The notes below the pieces were generated by a model. That model was not told where the DNA came from. It searched no databases and saw only the letters and a program-made list of their open reading frames with translations. This document shows positions 61,689 to 64,000 of a stretch of 64,000 nt of DNA, piece after piece (within the stretch, counting starts at the first letter, position 1; each line of letters begins with the position of its first letter). Source of the stretch: Tubulanus polymorphus (Eukaryota; Animalia; Nemertea); assembly GCF_964204645.1 (NCBI RefSeq), contig NC_134030.1, forward strand, positions 14,942,110-15,006,109. The letters run 5' to 3'. Made by a program: the position numbers and the translations under genes.

Positions 61689-63968
61689 TTATGTATCCAA
61701 CAATTTCTTAGTGCATTCATTACAACAAGAATCGTTACCCTGACAAACACAAAATAATGTACACGCTAATCCAGCACGACTGCAACTACACCTCTGTGTT
61801 TTACAAGGCACATTGGCCGAACAAGAGCATTTGATTAATTTGAGCAACTCTTGCGGAGCTAAAGAAGTGCGATTTTAGCGATTAGCGATTTTCGTTCCCG
61901 AATCCATCCAAATTCGGTTGGATCTAATTCAGGAGGGTTTGGTAGGAGCGCATGCCTCCAAACTGTAGCCTGGAAATGTGCGCGTGCTACATTTGCTTCG
62001 AAAGCTTCATTTGTAGGTGGCAAAGAAGCTAACTTTGGCGCTGAAGCCACACTCTGCCCTACTTTGCTTGACCATCCTTTTTATCTTGCTTCTGTCATCG
62101 ATTCATAATTGGACTGTCCATAACATTCTAGAACGAATGGTATCGCCTGTGCTACTACCTCAGATAAGCTACTAGTACTACCTAACTTGGACAAGGAGCA
62201 CAAACCACTTCTGAGTACTTATAGCATTACACCTTTGCCAATTCCGAAGTACGGTGCAACGGTATCACAACCACTGAGACAATGAGCTGCCAACAGATCA
62301 GGAATAATGGGGCAGTGCTTTTCGATTGTCGCATTTATGTCAATGACTGCCCGTCCATGTATTGGGGAGACCATGAAAACACAGCCAGATATGTCACCAG
62401 AGAAATGGAAATGCAACAACATCACAAATATATCCGTGTCATCCGCGATAACAATCGATGTAGCAGCATTCACTGTTGATACTTGTTGCACAATAAGTGT
62501 ATCTCCTTCCTCCTGAGTTGTAGTCATATCATTCCGCCGAATAACTGTTCCAGAGTTAATGTGGACTGGTGTCAGATCACTAGCTGTAACTATGAGATTG
62601 TTCCCATTGAATTCTCCAGAATGGGCGGCAAGATGTGCAGATATCATGTTGATCAATTGCAATTTGTTGGCTGAGACAGTGAGCATTACTTTCTGTGGTG
62701 GAAGTTTTGTAGTGGGAATCAATGTGTAAACTCGACTTGCACCTTGTTCTCTGCCATGACGTGTGGACTCCTTGATGCTACCATCTTGGTATCTGTCAAA
62801 TACAAGGTATATATTGCTAGTTTTCAGTTTACTGTGGATGTAAGAACGGAACCGATCTAGGAAGTCTTGTACATTTCCATTGGGCCAAGGTATCACCCAT
62901 AGTACTGCACAACCATCGAGGAAGGTGGCATCGATCTCACTGTCTGCGATCCTACTTGAAATCTCAACTTTGGGTGAGTTCTTCAAATTAGATTTTGTCT
63001 TTGGTTCACGCATGTGGCCAGATGCTTCGAACATCGACGCTGGGTATGGTGCTAACTCGTGAGCTAAGATGCTGTTGATGTCAAGGTCACGCGAGCTATA
63101 CTGCAAGCCCATAGCCCTGGCATAAATCATTTCAGGGTCGTACACCTTCACTTCACCGACTTTGATGTGTTTCCGCGAGACTGACATCGTGATCACAGCC
63201 CTTGGAATAGTCTCATGAAAGCTACCAGGCCAACTCTTTTCAAAAGACTGCATTTGTGACTTGCCTAGTGAAACTGCATTGTCGACATTTAATGTTGGAT
63301 GACTGACCAACTTCCCTGATTCGATGTTGACTATACCATCTGATGAGTGTAGATCGGGCTTTAAAGGGTCTTTACATAGCTCCAGCTTTTCCCGAAGTAA
63401 CATTCTGTGATCAACATCAGTCTTTATTCTTGACTTCATTTCCTCTTTGGCAGTTCATCATACTCTCTCATCTGGTTCAACTGGTGAATAATCGCATTGC
63501 ATGTATGTAAACTGTATGCCCATGTTTTGAGCGTATTCGGCTTGAGTGTGATTCCGATTATTCCATTACGACCGTGACCATACCGCATAAATGTGGTCTC
63601 AATGGCCATATCACTCCAGATACCATTGAACAGTCCATCTTTGTGGTGCATTGTGTGCTGTGCCTTCATGGAATACTCCCGTACGTCAGCTGGCATCGAC
63701 TCCATTGAGCGCAAGTAATAGAGCGCATACCTGGCATAGTGAACATGGTTTGCTGCAAAGAACATGGGTACCATCTCCTTAACAACTACAAGATGGAGCG
63801 GCCAATCGGCTTCGTGTTCAGCTCGTATGTATTTCATTATAAGGAAGACTGGCCTAATAAGACAGTCAACCCAGAGTTTGGCCGTTCTGCTCTTTGAAGA
63901 AATGTCATCAAGCACACATTGAAGGTCTGCCATGCCTGTAAGTTCCTGTGATTCAAACAATGGTCGCA
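61689..63968 (-). pseudogene. Academ protein C-half: helical region, XPG/FEN1-like nuclease, Cys-rich CXC domain
   Basis: WPLHL..HVHYARY; FLDG, LVFD, EEGDT, DDTD, H3TH LSGCDT..FGIGK; RAHFQATVW..FGW; CSCSANVPCKTQRCSC..CTLFCVC. Confidence 0.8.
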
Positions 63969-64000
63969 AGTAATAGGGGTAATGGGCTTTCAAGCCAAAG
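63969..64000. mobile_element. Terminus of a fifth Polinton-family element (E) inserted in the Academ ORF
   Basis: AGTAATAGGGGTAATGGGCTTTCAAGCCAAAG matches the element B and C termini. Confidence 0.85.

Larger units (their letters stand above)
60177..63968 (-). mobile_element. Academ (XPG-type) DNA transposon, 3' part; end coordinate tentative
   Basis: Transposase-XPG-Cys8 ORF; TCCAAGATGGCCGCC subterminal motifs at ~60310 and ~61247; candidate TAG terminus at 60177. Confidence 0.7.

Noticed and set aside
63969-63993. N-terminus MKAHYPYY of ORF 63436-63993
   Set aside because: It is the reverse strand of a Polinton terminus inserted into the Academ gene

Overview
This is animal (probably invertebrate) genomic DNA made almost entirely of nested, mostly decayed mobile elements, with one candidate host exon (27721-27825). 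A BEL/Pao LTR retrotransposon (about 1918-24275) is split by two insertions of one Polinton/Maverick family. One is a 1.3-kb non-autonomous copy with a 6-bp TSD. The other is a ~17-kb near-complete endogenous virus (6444-23398) encoding pPolB, penton, major capsid, A32-like ATPase, chromodomain integrase, an HNH nuclease and several membrane proteins; no adenain protease is visible. Three more family members lie downstream: a 4-kb palindromic element with a 24-bp minisatellite, a 970-bp element with TSD, and a terminus at the window edge. Also present are a DIRS1 element with ITRs and ICR, a full-length env-bearing Gypsy element, a hAT relic with a solo LTR, an Academ transposon, Penelope-like repeats and microsatellites. 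The main candidate novel system is the Polinton family. Its TIRs end in self-complementary hairpins of about 90-340 bp with co-varying arms, a conserved mismatch and a conserved loop motif. Its genes start at poxvirus-like TAAATG motifs, with an upstream T-run for the structural cluster. This suggests a possibly helper-virus-dependent, membrane-associated Polinton with a set of mobilised satellites. All family assignments come from reading motifs by eye, not from database searches.
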